A stretch of DNA of 54,713 nucleotides from Chromera velia (taxonomy: Eukaryota), in the NCBI GenBank assembly GCA_018398765.1, contig JAHBMJ010000191.1, positions 1 through 54,713 of the forward strand, given 5' to 3'. Below, in pieces: positions 11,475-25,427 of the stretch. The notes beneath the pieces were generated by a model, which did not search any database, had not been told where the DNA came from, and saw nothing but the letters and a program-made list of their open reading frames with translations. Each line of letters begins with the position of its first letter. The stretch's first letter is position 1. Both the position numbers and the translations under genes were made by a program.

Positions 11475-14400
11475 ATGTCGCAATCAGTTGAAAACTTCCT
11501 GAGCTCTCCTCCAGGTTTGTTGTTACCGTTTTTCTACTTTGCGAAGGCAGACGGCTTGCACTCTTTGCAGTTCTTATCGATTTGTGTGTCGATGCAGATT
11601 TTCATTTTCTTTCGGCCTCTTCTCTGCTTCGCAGATGCCGAGAACTCGCGAAGTATCAGCACTCGATCTATGCAGACGACAGACAACGTGCTCTGTTCGC
11701 TCATTGAGCACGCTCGTCCTACTGCAGAGGTGAGGCATTGTCCGTCTCCTCGTCGTGCGGGGACTGTTCGTCGACCTGAGTCCCCTGCTTGTCCTTCCTT
11801 GTTTCCTTTGGTTGCTTCGACAAAGAATACTTTGACTGCTACTCCTTGCAGGAGATATCGGAGCTTGCCTGGGACAGGAAGAGCTTCGGCTTGGCGTTGG
11901 TTCTTCTGGGGTTTATCCGAACGGTCAGTCGGAGGCGGATATCCTTTGCCCTGCTTTCGGTTTTGGTGTCCTCTCATACGAAAGTGTTCGAAGAATAACA
12001 TGAGCGATCGTGAAGAGTTTGTGCGGTATGCTTTTGAGCCCATCTGTGTGGTTGGTGTTTGCCTCTGTGCAGGGACGCTCACTTGTGCTCCTGACAAGTC
12101 TTGACCTTTCGGGTAGGTGGCGGAAGAGGTGAATCGAGTCCTCTTTTGTTTGTGTGCTTCCTTTCTCAGCGACTTCTCTCATGCAGTTCCTTGACACTTT
12201 GTCTTAGAGCTGCGTTTTGCATTTCTGTTGTCTGAAGTCAGACGTCCCGTCCCTTCTGCTGTTCTCCATTTGTCGCTTTTCTTCTTACTCGTTTGGCTTT
12301 GAAGGTCGCCTACCTTTTCAGCTGGCTCCTTTGGGCAGAAATTCGTGCATGCAAGCAAGAGATGAGTGCATACCTGTTTGCAGGCTTCTCGCTGAGTGCC
12401 CGCAAGCTGAAACTCCTTTTATCCTCCCGTCCCTCGGGGCCTGGAGCTGTGGAGACGCTCAGATGCGGTCAGCTAACGGATAGGCGACGGCAGTGCCAGG
12501 GATACCTCCGTAGATGAAAACCTTCGCGCGAGAGGGCAGCACCAGCAGTATCAGGGGAGGAGTAAAGGAGGCTTTGCCTTCCTTTCTGTCACGAGGAATA
12601 TGAAACATGCTCAATCAGTCTGTCTCTCTGACACGAACTGTTCTTTGATCACCGTCTTCCTCCCTGCAGGTCCTTCATGTCTGCAAGGACGCTTGCCTGC
12701 CTGTGCTCCTCGACTTCCTCCTGCGACTCAAGGCGGGGGTGACAGTAGGGGTGTCTTCGATCTTTCTGAAGACCCTCAACCTTGCCAGTCAGTCTTGTGC
12801 TTTGCTTGGACGGCCCGTGCATGAGACTCAGTTGTTCTTGCGTGAGAAAGTGCGGGTAACATGCTAGATGAGATCATATCTCTACCTGTGTGTCGTCATT
12901 TTGGGTGAATTCCTATCAAGTGTCTACACGAAATCCGGAAATCGGCAGACAGTGGCTGAAAAGAAGCAGAGTCTTCGCTCCCCCCCGACCCCCCCTCCCC
13001 CCCCAAATGCAGAGTGCGATCTCGATGAGGCCGCTGTTGCGCTGTTTCATCAGCTCCCTCGCTCTCTTCAGCACCTCGATCTGTGTGGTCAATCAGTCAG
13101 TCAGTCAGTCCCTCAGGGGCGTCTGAAAAATTCCCTACGTGTCTTCTGCCGAAGAAAAGCGCCACTCACTCTGGATTCCAGCGATGGGATCTGGGAGGCG
13201 CTCTATCTCATCTTTCTTGCGTTTCTGTCTGTGGTTGTTTGTTTGAGTTCGGATCCGTTGGTCTGTTTTTGTGCTTCTTTTGCGGTGACAGGGGAAAGAA
13301 GAAATGATATCGTGTCTTGGCAACCCAGCTTTCAAATTTCACTATTTAAATCGGTGAATCGGCTCGGCTAGCGAAGAGAGACGATGCGCTCCTTCCGTTC
13401 TTTTTCGGTTGGTTGGTTGGCTTTTCTGTCCCTTTTCCTCCACACAGTGTCTCTTCAATATGGATTTTTCTTCTTGTATTTGCAAGAGTCACGCACTCGG
13501 ACAGCATTCTTCTAATGCTTCGCCTTCTGTATTTTGGTTTGGGAGCGGTTGGCAATCAATGGTTCGCTTTCGTGCTACTCTCTTCTCACCTCTCTATTGT
13601 TTCTTCTAAGTCCTGGGCCTTTCATTGCATCTCCACCCCCCGTCCGAAACACTTGTCCCTCATCCCATCTGCATGCAGGTAACCGACTCCGGAGTGTGTC
13701 CATGGAAGGCCTCGGGACTGTCTTCTCCTTTGGCTGGCTCCCGTCTCTTCTGAACCTTGACTTGAGTGACAACCCGCTCGGCCCTTCAGGGCTGCGGGCG
13801 TTTGCAAGGGGCCTGTCTTCATCCCCTCAGTCACTCCCCCTACAGTCCCTCAAACTGGCCCGTACGAAGGCCAAGGCAGAGGGGGTGGAAGCATTAGCAG
13901 AAGCATTGAAAGCAAAGACTGTGCCTGACCTGAGAGTTCTGATGCTGAAAAACAACCGTCTGGCTAATTTGGCACCGGGAGAGAGGGACGACGCCCCCAT
14001 AGCCGAGCTCCTCTCCACAAGTGCGTTGAAGGAGTTGGAGGAATTACACTTAAATGAGAATTCGTTGTTCGATGAGAGGTTAGCGGGTGGAGAGGAGGGT
14101 GAGGGTGAGGGTGGGGAAGGGGGTGAGGGCGAGGTTTTTCAGGCTTCTGCTGCCGCCCTTGCAGTACCAGGTCGTTTCCCTAATCTGCGACGACTTGATC
14201 TGGGGGGGCGGTTATATTCGTCAATGCGCTCTGAGCAGTTTCTAGCCTTTGCGACTGGTTTGGGGGTGGGGGGGTTGCCGTCTCTTCAAGAGCTCGTCAT
14301 CCCCAGGTGGGCTTCTCTGGGGAATCCTAGTACTGAAGGCGTCGTTGCTCTTGCCAACGCCCTCAGTTCTGGGCAGCTGTCTCAGTTGAGGGACTTGCAG

Positions 14401-15983
14401 ATAGAAGCTCGAGACGACATGACAAGTGATGCCTTCGCGACTCTCAGTCGCAGCCTGGCAACAGGAAAGGCTCCCCTTCTGCAGAGTCTAGATCTTCAGA
14501 TGTGGAATGAAAATGCCGAGGGGGGAGTGGAGGCCCTGGCTGAGGGACTCCCGCGGGGGGGGTTGTCATCTCTGACGAGCTTCAGGCTCGATGCACGTGA
14601 CATGTTTTGCACAAAAGGGTATGCGTTGTCGACATTAGGTCTTGCCTTCGGTGGTAATGGTGGGTGTCCTGCTCTTCAGAAACTCGACCTTGAGTGGGAC
14701 GAAGAAGGGGATGAAGGGGTTGGGGGACTGGCGGAGGGTCTGGGTAGCGGGGAGTTGTCGTCTCTTCGAGATCTGTCACTCAGAGTGACATGCAATCAAG
14801 ATGGAGAGGGGGAATTGAGCGGGGAAGGATGTGTAGCTCTAGGAGAGGTTTTGAGCACCGGTAAAGTGCCTTCACTCCGGAATGTGAGCCTGGTTTGGTG
14901 GTGCAACCAGAGCTTTGTTTCTCTCTGTGAGGGTCTGTCTCGAGGGAGTGTTGACCCTCCTGTGATGGTGGACCTTGGCATAGACGTAAAATTCGGGGAA
15001 GGAGAAAACACAGATTTGGGGGTCACCAGATTTGCTGAGGTCGTTCGGGCAGGCAAGCTCTCGGGGTTGCGGAATGTCAATGTTTTGGGGTATGGGTATG
15101 AGTTGCTTAGCAGAGCTGGGGGGAGAGCATTGGGAGAGGCCCTCACACACGCAGATGCGTCTCTGAACTCTCTAGAGAAGCTTTGTATCCCTTGTCAAAC
15201 AGAGGAAGTAACTGCGGCCTTTCTTGAAGGCCTCGCGAGAGGTCCGGGACGTCTGCCGGCCCTGCACACCCTCTGGTGCCCCGGCATCCGCAGCATCAGA
15301 ACACAGGGTGCTCAGTCTCTGTCCAACCTTGTGAGGAGGGGCAAGGTCCCTTCCATCAAGGAGCTGAGAGTGAACTTGGCGGGGATTGGGCAGGAGGGGA
15401 TGCAAGCTTTTGCTGCTGCTCTGAACACTTCCCATGCCTCCGCGCTGCGACGATTGGAAATTATATTTCCTGGTGTCAGTCCTGCAGATGCAGCTGCAGA
15501 GGTGGGGTTGTTCTCAGTTGCGCTGAGCTCTACGGGCTGGAGGAACTTTGGGTTGGGGGTCTTCGGTTGATTGAGGAGGTCCGTGCGTTGTGTGGGGGGT
15601 TGGGGAGTGGTAAGTTGACTTCCCTTTTGACGCTCCGTCTTGTTGGCTGCAGATTGGGGTCTGAGGGGGGAAGGGCTCTCTCAGAGATCTTGACTGCAGA
15701 GAAGTTGCCTAGCCTGAGAACGCTAGCCGCACAGACGACGGAGCTCACAAATGAGGGAGTGAGGGCACTGATAGAGGGGTGGACGAACAGAGACCCGCCT
15801 CCTCTGCAATGTGTGGATTTGGGGTGGAATAGGCTCAGTGGCGCTGTTGTAAATCGGCTCTTGAGATGTGGATCAAAGCGATTACCTGCTCTAGAAAGCT
15901 TGGACGTCTTCGGTAATTTTGGGGCTGACCAGGCATCTAGAGATATGCTCTTCGGAGTGTTTCCAGAAATTGTAAGGCTTTGA
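11475..15983 (+). CDS. Multi-exon RNI-like leucine-rich-repeat protein with a frameshift near 15530 (possible pseudogene)
   Basis: Short GT-AG exons (MSQSVENFLSSPP; EISELAWDRK...; LTSLDLS; FLKTLNLA; SLQHLDLC), then a long exon from 13679 with many LxxLxLxxN/G repeats. The LRRs continue in a second frame from 15530 to 15983. Confidence 0.85.
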
Positions 15984-16897
15984 TGAGTATGTATCCGTAC
16001 TAAGTGCATCTAGAGATACGCTCTTCGGAGTGTTTCCAGAAATTGTCAGGCTTGGATGAGTATGTCCATCCCCTCAGACTTGAAAATGGTCTCCCAGCTA
16101 CCTTCGGCAGGCTTCCTGCTAGCCTTCCTGGCGTTTTGCCTGGTTGCAACGTTGCCTATAGTCAAATAACTGTTGTAATAATGTTGTTTGAGTGCTGCAT
16201 CTAGTGCTGCTGCACTGCTGCATGCGCACCTTTAGAGATCCTATATGAAATCGTACTATATAAATGTAGAAGAAGTTCTGAAGAACACTTTTACTAAATT
16301 AAGAACTTCCTAGAGAACTTCAAATCAGACAAATCCTAGTCTTCATATAATATAATCTATATTCTTCAATTTATGCACGTCAATTTATTATTTAAACTTG
16401 AAAGTCTAATATCCCTTTAAATTGCGTTAGTTACTAGCTAGGTTAGTTACGTACAGTAGTAATTTTATTATACCGAACATACCATAACGTACCCTAACTA
16501 TTTTATCACTCACACCTATTCTTAAACCTATTGTGAGACAATTATTTAGGATTAGGATTAGGATTTATGTCCGGAGGATTGGTCTCCCGCCCTAATGCTG
16601 AACGTCCGACGTCCAGCTTCCAAGGAAAGTGCCTAAATGCATCAGACCTCCCTGGCCGGCCCGCACAGGTCTAGCCTGTACCGTAAACGGTTTACAATTG
16701 AAGAAAAAGCACACGCGGCATCATTTTTCCTTTATCTGAATGGCTTTCTCGTTCCGATCTGAGGCCATCTGGCAGAGGGGCAAAAGGCTGCCAAAAGCAA
16801 AATGACTTTTAGTGCTGAAACAGAAGAGTGAAAAGGAGAAAAAGAATTGAGAGAAGAGATTAAGACCAAGTGAGAGAGAGAACACGTTTATTTCATA

Positions 16898-17440
16898 CTT
16901 TTCAGAGTAACCAAGAACGTTTCTTTTCCCGAGACGCACAAAGGGGAACAGTAAAGCCCTCTCTCTTCTTATGGGTTGCTTCTTGTCATTCTGTCTGACT
17001 CAGAAAGATGAAGTGACACTGTCACGGAGAGTAACAAGAAAGGAAACTTCAACCAGAGCGAGAAAAAAGAACGAAGAATTGAGATTAAGTGAGAAAAAGA
17101 GAGAAGTACTCTTCTGTTTTCTTTCACACTTTTCTGAGTAACTAAGAACATTCTTTTCCCGAGACGCACAGAGGGGAATGGAAGATCTTCTCTCTTCTTG
17201 TGGGTTGCTTCCTGTTGTTCTGTCCGACTTAAAAAGGGTGAGGTGACAGAGAGAGTTGCAGAAAAGAAACTTTCAAACAGAGAAGAAAAAGGAAAGGGAA
17301 ATCGAGAGTTCACTTCTCTTTTTTTTCACACTTTTCAGAGTCACCATGAACGTTCTTTTCCCGAGACACACAGGTGGGAATGGAAAACCCTCTCTCTTCT
17401 AAGACTTATGGGTTGCTTCTTATCGTTCTGTCTGATTAAT
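16898..17440. repeat. Three degenerate tandem copies of a 200-230-bp non-coding unit
   Basis: Core GAGTAACCAAGAACG..TCTTTTCCCGAGACGCACA...CTCTCTTCTTATGGGTTGCTTC at about 16898, 17129 and 17331. Confidence 0.85.
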
Positions 17441-18029
17441 AGAGGTGAAGTGATAGAGGGAGTGACAAAAAAGACAGGTTTCACACTCTGAGTCTGAGAA
17501 AGGGAAAAGAAAAGAAACAAGATAGAGACTGAATGAGAAAAGAAAGAAATTCACCATCGATTGATGAACAAACCGTCTAAGAAGCATGCAGAATAACTGT
17601 GATACAAAAACCTTGACCCGCGGCTTTAACCACACGCAACCACAGTGTCACCCTTCCTTCACACTGCATACCTCCAATAAAGGCGCGTTGCTTGTGCTTT
17701 CACCCTTTCCAGCATGGGGTCTTGTTCGGCAATATGGCAGAGCAGACGAAGCAAATCATCTCGGAGGCTTTCTTCGGGGTCTTTATCCAATGCATCCTCC
17801 ACCATCTGGTTGGGGAGCGTTGCGAGTGTGTCTAGTGCCCCTTTGATCAGCTGAGCAAGTCAAACGTCCCTCTGCGCATCCGTTCGATCCCTGTCTTGGC
17901 CAATCGTCTTGATGGGCCCGTCGATGCAGAGACAGCCAACCACAAAGTTCACCACTTGCTCGTTAACAAGCTCTTGCTTCCTTGCTTCAGTTGCTATCTC
18001 GACTCTCTTCAAAAAGTCCAGCGCTTCTG

Positions 18030-18985
18030 CACTATCCATCTCCTTCTTTATGCCCTTTATATATAGCGTGTCCCGCCCACTCTCTGTCGCATTTCGCTCT
18101 GTGAGTCTTCTAGTGAACCTTTTGACATGTAATACTGCAATAAGTTGCAACTTTGCACTGGCTGCACCTCTTTCCCGCACTGCTGTCTTCGTATTGCCAG
18201 CATTTTAGGGTAGCCTGCGCTGCAGAAGTGTTGCAAGATACAAAGGTCGGTTCCACGGTCAAAGAAGACGCGCTAGAAGATGTGAGGCTTGGGACGGCTG
18301 CACGTAGAACGATCGAGTCACGGTCTGCGGGTGTAGAGACGGGGACAGTCTCGCGCATAGGCGGAAAGACGAAGTCTTCATCTGGGGATGTGGAGACCGG
18401 ATGGCTCTCTGCAGTTAGAACTGTCACAACAGGGTGACTGTCTTGTTCTGCACTTGCAGGTTGACCTGAACTGGGTGTGTTGCGCAAGACCTCGCTGTGC
18501 ACAGTGATATTGCAGTTGGGGGGAGGAGAGACGTGAAGGTGGTTCACTTGGTGGGACAGTCTCGTGGAAGGCATACGCAACTGGGCATCTGCTGTGGCAT
18601 TGCTTCCAAAGCCTCTGGCCTTATCAGGAGCCTGGTAGAAGGGCCTTGGAAGATATGGATACCATGGATGAGCTGTGGCTGATAGGTCGCTGGAAGGATG
18701 CGACGAGGGGAAGGCGCTCGGAAGAACGTAACTGTTTTCGTTTCTGCCATCTCCCTCTCCTTGAAGGCTTAGCGCCAGGAGCCACTGCAATCTCGACCAG
18801 CGCTTGCCTCTTCTGGTTGACTTGCGAAAGGAAACGCTACTAGGCTTGCCCGTCTCTTGAGGGTTCGTTCCGGAGCTGCACTCTTGCAAGATTGTCTCTT
18901 CATCCCTGGAGACGGAAACACTGGAGACGGAAGAAAGTGTTCTCTGAATGTGTTGTAGAGAGCTGATGATTTCCGCGACCTGCAC
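18030..18985 (-). pseudogene. zf-MYND-containing gene remnant
   Basis: KCWQY...KRCSQCKVATYCSITCQKVH*KTHRAKC matches the MYND pattern, with TAG at the conserved Trp (18110-18112). Confidence 0.7.
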
Positions 18986-19555
18986 TGCATTTAAATTATC
19001 TCAGTGGTACCTGTCTATACCTGGGGGCCGCCGCGTAACTAGCCGTAACGGTATTGTGCCATCTCTAGTTTATCATATAATTTAAATTACAGTCACTACA
19101 GTGTATACTATAGTTTCAGTGTAACGAGGCCTAGAACGAGACGTAAAGCAGTTTAGCATATATATGATAGTTCAATATATGAAATAGTAAATCTAGAAGA
19201 TTCATACCCAGATTTCAAACTGACTTATACACTAACAAGCATTCATACAGTTATATGCTTGGTTACATAAAAATTACTTATCCTTTAGTAGTATTTATCC
19301 AGTACTATATGATCTAATAATTATTTATTTATTGAGCTACTCAGTGATAGCAGTAGCCTGTAGGTTCAATCCACCTGTTTAATACATGCCTTGTGTATAG
19401 GTATCTATCAGTGCAAAAGCGTCTTACTGTTATACTGAGTAGAGACCAAAGCAAAAAGCACTGGCATTCTTTACTCTAGTCCTTACTATACATCTGATAT
19501 TGCAATAGGATCGCAGCTAGGACCACTGGCACAGAAAAAGCCTGCTCGGATCTTT

Positions 19556-20295
19556 CTGACTCACTCAGCTGCCGCTTTAATTTATCTGTATGATTGAGTG
19601 AGAAAAAGGTAGAGAAAGAGAGAAAGAGGGCGGGGGGGGGGGCGGACAAAACAAACGAGGGATGTTGCGATGTTTACAGTTCGCGGGAACTCAAAGATTA
19701 GTGCAGACGTGTCGTTGAATATTGTGGGCCCGCTTCCTCGAATGAATGTCAACCCATTGTTCTTGAGTCGTATGGGCCGCTCTTTGGCAGTATCCAGAGC
19801 ACTCTGAGACGGAGGAGAAAATCGGGGGGGTGTTTGACTCCAGTGGGATACTTGAATGATAAATATGGAGGTGGAGGGAAAAATTGAATGCGAAGGAGTG
19901 GATTTGTATGATTGGATCAGGCGAAAGGAGAAAAGCGAAAGGCGCTAAAGGTGTCTAGACGCAAGAGTGCTAAAAGCTCTTCTCCAAGCATTCACTGCCT
20001 TGCTTGTTCACTCAATGACCAATTGACTCTTCTTTGGAGGTCTTGCGTCAAACAGGTAAAGGAGATTATGCCGGAAGGGAAAGGACGAAAATGGAAGCAA
20101 AGGAGGGAAGGCAGTTCCGAGTGATTAAACTGCAAACCCTCCCTCTCTTCCTGAACAGCTCTCGACAAAGATAAAATAAGAGCCACCCCACCCCTCAAGC
20201 CCTCCGCTCCTCTTCCCCTCAAAATTATTCCTCGCCCTCCCCCCACAAAGACTCGTGCGTGGGTCGTTTCGTTACTGTCACATCATCATGTCACT
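19556..20295. repeat. Dispersed repeat copy A (direct repeat of 27209-27964)
   Basis: Near-identical over 19660-19985. Looser homology extends left to about 19397. Confidence 0.92.
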
Positions 20296-20315
20296 TCCTC
20301 CCTCCCTCCCTCCCT

Positions 20316-20350
<35 letters not shown>

Positions 20351-20755
20351 CGTGTGTGTGTGTGCTTTTCACTTATTGTCAATAGTCAGACTGGATCTCT
20401 CGGTGTCTCACTCTTTTTGGCTCGCACGTATCGTGACAACAGTATTTGGGCCAATGGACAATGTGCGCACAGAACAAGAAAACAAGCTCAACATCAGGCA
20501 ATCATAGAACATCATGCAGGCGCATATTTTGACGTACAGTATGGAGACCAGCTGTACGCTTTCATGTGATGCATCTGTGACAAATCTATCATTGACACAT
20601 GCACTCCCGTCATGCACCAACGCACATCAATCCCCAAATATCAAACAGCATCGATCCCAGACTCAGGCTCCGACGCGTTGAACTTCGCGAAGTACTCCCG
20701 TGTCAGAGCTTTTTGCTGCAGACTCTCACAGTGCGTCCCCCGAGGTCTCATTGGT

Positions 20756-21844
20756 CTATTCAACAGGTCCTCCTACAGGCGCCCTGTTACGTTCTGTCTC
20801 TGTTGCAGCTGGACCTGGAGCCACCCCATTCTTCAGTGCGGGTCCACTTATCCGGGTGTGCGTCTGTTCCCCCATCTGTTGACGAACTTCTACTGCGGCA
20901 GAGTCCGGATTGCAGCCCAAGTCCCTGGCTGGACTCATCGCCTGTATAGAGGGAACAGTAGGCATCTGTCCCGCCTCAACAGCTTTTGCTGTTTCATTCC
21001 CACCGAAGTCCGCCAAACAAACTGTCATGATCACTATCTCTCGTCTATTGTCAGACGTGCGAGATGTGACAAACCCTCGCAGACTGTCAGATTCGATTCC
21101 CTGCCTCACAGCGAGAACCACTCGCTCATGAAGCTCACTTATCTCTCCGCAGGAAGCATCACAGAGCAGGACGCCAGTCTTGTAATACACCCATGCATTC
21201 AGTGCATAGAGAGCCCTGGCTTCGCAAAGTCCTCCAACAAACTCACGGCAACACGTTGTACATCCTGTACAGCTCGCAGACCAATAGTTGTCGAAGTTAG
21301 TCAGTATTGCTTTTCGTTGGTTCCCATCAATGGTTCTCTTCAGTAATGCAAGGATCCGATTCGCACCGCGACGATCTCGAGACCAGTGAAGCCAAAACGC
21401 CAGGACGTAACAGACAAGGACAGACAAAGCAACTACCACCAGTACCCAACTCAAGACCACTAACCCCCCCAACAACAGAAACCCCAAAATCACACCAACG
21501 AAGATGCAGGAACTCCGCACGACCCACACGTATGGGACGTTCTTCATCCCTTTGACACCAAACCTTCATGCAAGACAGTTGTACGCTGGCAGCAGACTCA
21601 ACCAAAACGGAATTTGAGGAACGTCGCCCAGCCAAACAGAGCCAAGGCCCTCAGGGGAGAAGAAAAGGTAATACCCCCAAATGGCAATCACGCTTGAGAC
21701 ACGCCCAGCTGGCTGGTCCATCCTGGGCTGAGTAGAAGACAGGTTGCGCTGAAAGGAGGTTGTCCCGTCTACGGCCTCGATTCGTACTGTTGTTTGACTC
21801 AGACTGATCTGCAAGTTGAAGAGCGTCTGCTTCTGCACTTTCAA
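20756..21844 (-). pseudogene. Probable membrane-protein pseudogene
   Basis: ORFs 21566-21844 and 20756-21547 are in the same frame, separated by one TGA. Two long hydrophobic segments and a Cys cluster (CTGCTTCC) are present. No family recognised. Confidence 0.45.
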
Positions 21845-22473
21845 GACGTTATATATATAAGAGTTCAGGTGCTAGAAGCTCAGAAGGAGACTCGGCAGTA
21901 TGATTCAGTACCTAATATATATGAGGATCAATGCGTCGTCGGGCATGTGTGATCGACAGCGTGCATGTTGTGAAGAAATTAGAGGGCGTGCATTTTATAA
22001 CTTTACTTCACTGTTTAACGGTAGCATTATGTGCTACCGAGCTTTATACCGCGCGCCGTTTCTTGTTGACGATTCGACGACGAACAACAGTTGTACGTTG
22101 CATGGGTTCAAAAAAATGCAACACAATTAAGCGCTGCCGCCGCTGCGCGCGCGCGCAGCTCGCCATGCATGCATGCACAAGTACGCAACGTTGGCAACTG
22201 CATGAGTTGGCTCGGCACGCATGCGTGCGCATGAGTCATGCATGCAGTCTGTCGAATCATGTCAGATCCAGGCTTCGATCTCGAGTCTCGACAGACTCTG
22301 CATGACAATCTCTGCCTGCATATCCCTTCCGAAGAGACAATTCCGCAAACTCCCGGCCTGCATGACAGCCGCCACACCTCTTTCTGATCTCAGACGCTCG
22401 TGAGGACAGAAGGGAACTTTGCTGTTTGAAGATCGAATCTCAGGTATCTTGTGGAAAGTTTTAGTGAAGCACT

Positions 22474-24094
22474 ATGGCGGTGGCTGGCTTTCAGGTGACC
22501 CAAATTGGTCTGGAGAAGGCCACCAATGTTGATATTCGCTTGAGGGAGTGCCTCCTCCAGCGATTGGTTTACAGTCTTCGTTGCTTCAGCGGTCTGAATG
22601 GCAAAACCCCGGCAATCCTTGCAAACCTTCCGACATGCAAAGACTGTTCCGGTGATGCCACGAGGGCCATTCTGTATCTTGCCAATTCGCCTCTGATGAG
22701 GGTGCGTATCAACAACTTCGTTGTGGTGGTCAACGCTCAAGACCCGCGCCTTGAAGGCCGCAACAACGTGTTCCACAATTTGACCGTCACAGAGCTACAG
22801 GCTGCTGGACTGAATATCCCGGCACAGCTCGACGTCATGGCTTCGGAGCACACGGAGACGGAGGTCGAGTTGATGTTCTGCTCCCCTTTCTGGCTGCAGA
22901 AGTTTTACACCAACCCACTGCGGATTCTCAACCCGCGTAATCCATCTCGGTTTCTCTGCGAGGAATGCAGTGGTGACGATGCATTTTGCTGTTTCGGACA
23001 ATCGGCAAAACCACAGACTTGTGCCTACCTCCGTCATGTCCCTGTAGATCCCGGTTCTGCTCTTGAGATCAAATTGAAGCACAAGACCAGATCTGCACTC
23101 ACAGCTGCAGGAAACCCCTCACCTGCACCGGCTGCCTCCAGGCTTGAGACAGCCCGGGCTCTTTTGGAACAACCCGCTGACGTGGCGCGTCTCAGCAGGT
23201 GTGTCGAGATCGCTGAGTCTGCTCCACAGGGCCCGGACAGGACGCAGATTCTGACTGAAGCCTACACACAGCTTGCGGGGACAGCGTTGGACCAGCGAAA
23301 CCCCCGACTGGCCCTGACTATGCTGGAGAGAAAGCAGAGAATGGTCAGGAGAACAACGGCAGAGGACTGCTGGCTGATGGGAAGGGCGAATCAGGTACGT
23401 GAGTCAGCGAGCAGTCAATTTGAAAGCAGTATGACGGCATGCCGGCTTTTTTTGTGTTTTTGTTCCCATGCTGACTTCCGTGCTGAAGGAAATTGTGGGG
23501 GAGCCAGAATGGGCGTCCACGTGTGAGAATCTCGAGATTTCTGCAAAGGAATTAAGTTGTGTTGTTTGAAGTGGATTTTTTCTCTATTTTGATGTCATCT
23601 ATTCACACTTTAATATCATGCAGGAGCTGGGACAAGTGCAGAAGGCGCGTGATTGTTTCGAGGCGGGGACTCAACTGCGAACATCTGCGCACCAGTTCAT
23701 ATGTGCTCGGGAGCTGGGCGACATGTGTGCCAGAGGAATGCTAGAGGCTGCAGAGGCACGGAATGCGTACAAGCGCGCAGGGAGCCTCTTTACGCAAAAC
23801 TGGCCGGAAGCGACGGCACAGGGAGCGTTGGTCTTCAACAACTACGCCGATCTTCTCTGCGACAAATTTGGTCACTTGGATGATGCGGAGCGTCTTGCAA
23901 AGAGGGCGATTGAGCTCGACGACCAGAACGCTTACTGCCACGCAACCCTTGCAGAGATTCTGGCGAAGAAGGGGGGGAACCGGAACCTCCTCAGGGCGTG
24001 GGACAGCCGCAGAAAGGCCGAGAATCTGGGTGGAGAGGATATTCGCCAAAACTTTCAGCAGAATAAGTGGCGGGCCCTCTTTCAGGCAGCGTGA
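22474..24094 (+). CDS. Two-exon protein of about 463 aa: unrecognised Cys-containing N-terminal domain plus C-terminal TPR repeats
   Basis: Exons 22474-23394 and 23624-24094 (GT-AG, phase 0). TPR-like motifs WLMGRANQELGQVQKARDCFEAG and FNNYADLL..FGHLDDAERLAKRAIELD..NAYCHATLAEIL. Confidence 0.8.
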
Positions 24095-24206
24095 GGAAAC
24101 CTCCAGTTCTTGGTCCAAGCAAGCAAGCCAGTTTCCACTCTTCTAGCTGTGCATGATTTCTCTGCGTTTTCCCATCGACATTCCTTCCTCCTTTAGCTTT
24201 CCTCTT

Positions 24207-24770
24207 CTTCTTCCAAGAATCGGGGAGCAGTCAAACAAATGGGCCGTTCGCTGCAAAAGAAAGTGGCGGCTCACTTAGTTTCCTCTCCCTGATTTTGTTT
24301 CCTCATTCCACTCGGCCCTCGCTCCTTCCTTTTCTTTTTTCAACCAACCCGACGCAGCATGCAGCGTTGAGAGAGCGCCGTTAGTTTCGTTCGTGAGCAT
24401 GCATGCTGAACTTTATGGATGACTTGTGCCGTACCGCGCGCAGCTGCATCAGATGCGTGGGTGTGTGAGAAGAGATCGCTACCTCCTCAGGCTGCTGGTC
24501 GTGCATAGTTCTCATGCATGCATGTGTTAAGAGAGTTCGTCTGTTGAACGGAATTAAGTCTGAAACTTGCCCCTTATTTCCTCAGCTGATTGATTGGGGA
24601 TCTGACCTTCGGTTCTGCCGGGGCTCTCTGGAAGACGTGCGCGGGTTGAAGTTGGTACAGAAATTTGTGTGCACAAACAAACAGGTCGAGCCCCCTTACG
24701 AAACCCTTCTTGATGGATGGAAGAAGAATCTGAGTGCGGATCAATGCCTGCGTATATGTGCATGTGCATG

Positions 24771-24815
<45 letters not shown>

Positions 24816-25380
24816 NCTTCTTCCAAGAATCGGGGAGCAGTCAAACAAATGGGCCGTTCGCTGCAAAAGAAAGTGGCGGCTCACTTAGTTTCCTCTCCCT
24901 GATTTTGTTTCCTCATTCCACTCGGCCCTCGCTCCTTCCTTTTCTTTTTTCAACCAACCCGACGCAGCATGCAGCGTTGAGAGAGCGCCGTTAGTTTCGT
25001 TCGTGAGCATGCATGCTGAACTTTATGGATGACTTGTGCCGTACCGCGCGCAGCTGCATCAGATGCGTGGGTGTGTGAGAAGAGATCGCTACCTCCTCAG
25101 GCTGCTGGTCGTGCATAGTTCTCATGCATGCATGTGTTAAGAGAGTTCGTCTGTTGAACGGAATTAAGTCTGAAACTTGCCCCTTATTTCCTCAGCTGAT
25201 TGATTGGGGATCTGACCTTCGGTTCTGCCGGGGCTCTCTGGAAGACGTGCGCGGGTTGAAGTTGGTACAGAAATTTGTGTGCACAAACAAACAGGTCGAG
25301 CCCCCTTACGAAACCCTTCTTGATGGATGGAAGAAGAATCTGAGTGCGGATCAATGCCTGCGTATATGTGCATGTGCATG

Positions 25381-25427
<47 letters not shown>
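24207..25427. repeat. Identical 610-bp tandem duplication across an N gap (probable assembly artefact)
   Basis: Units 24207-24815 and 24817-25427 look identical, and each ends in (CT)n followed by N. Confidence 0.85.

Noticed and set aside
16545..16565. Telomere-like (TTAGGA)3
   Set aside because: Only three copies, interstitial, and not a convincing telomeric unit.
19335..19376. tRNA or SINE head (box-B-like GGTTCAATCC)
   Set aside because: No cloverleaf and too little spacing between the putative boxes.
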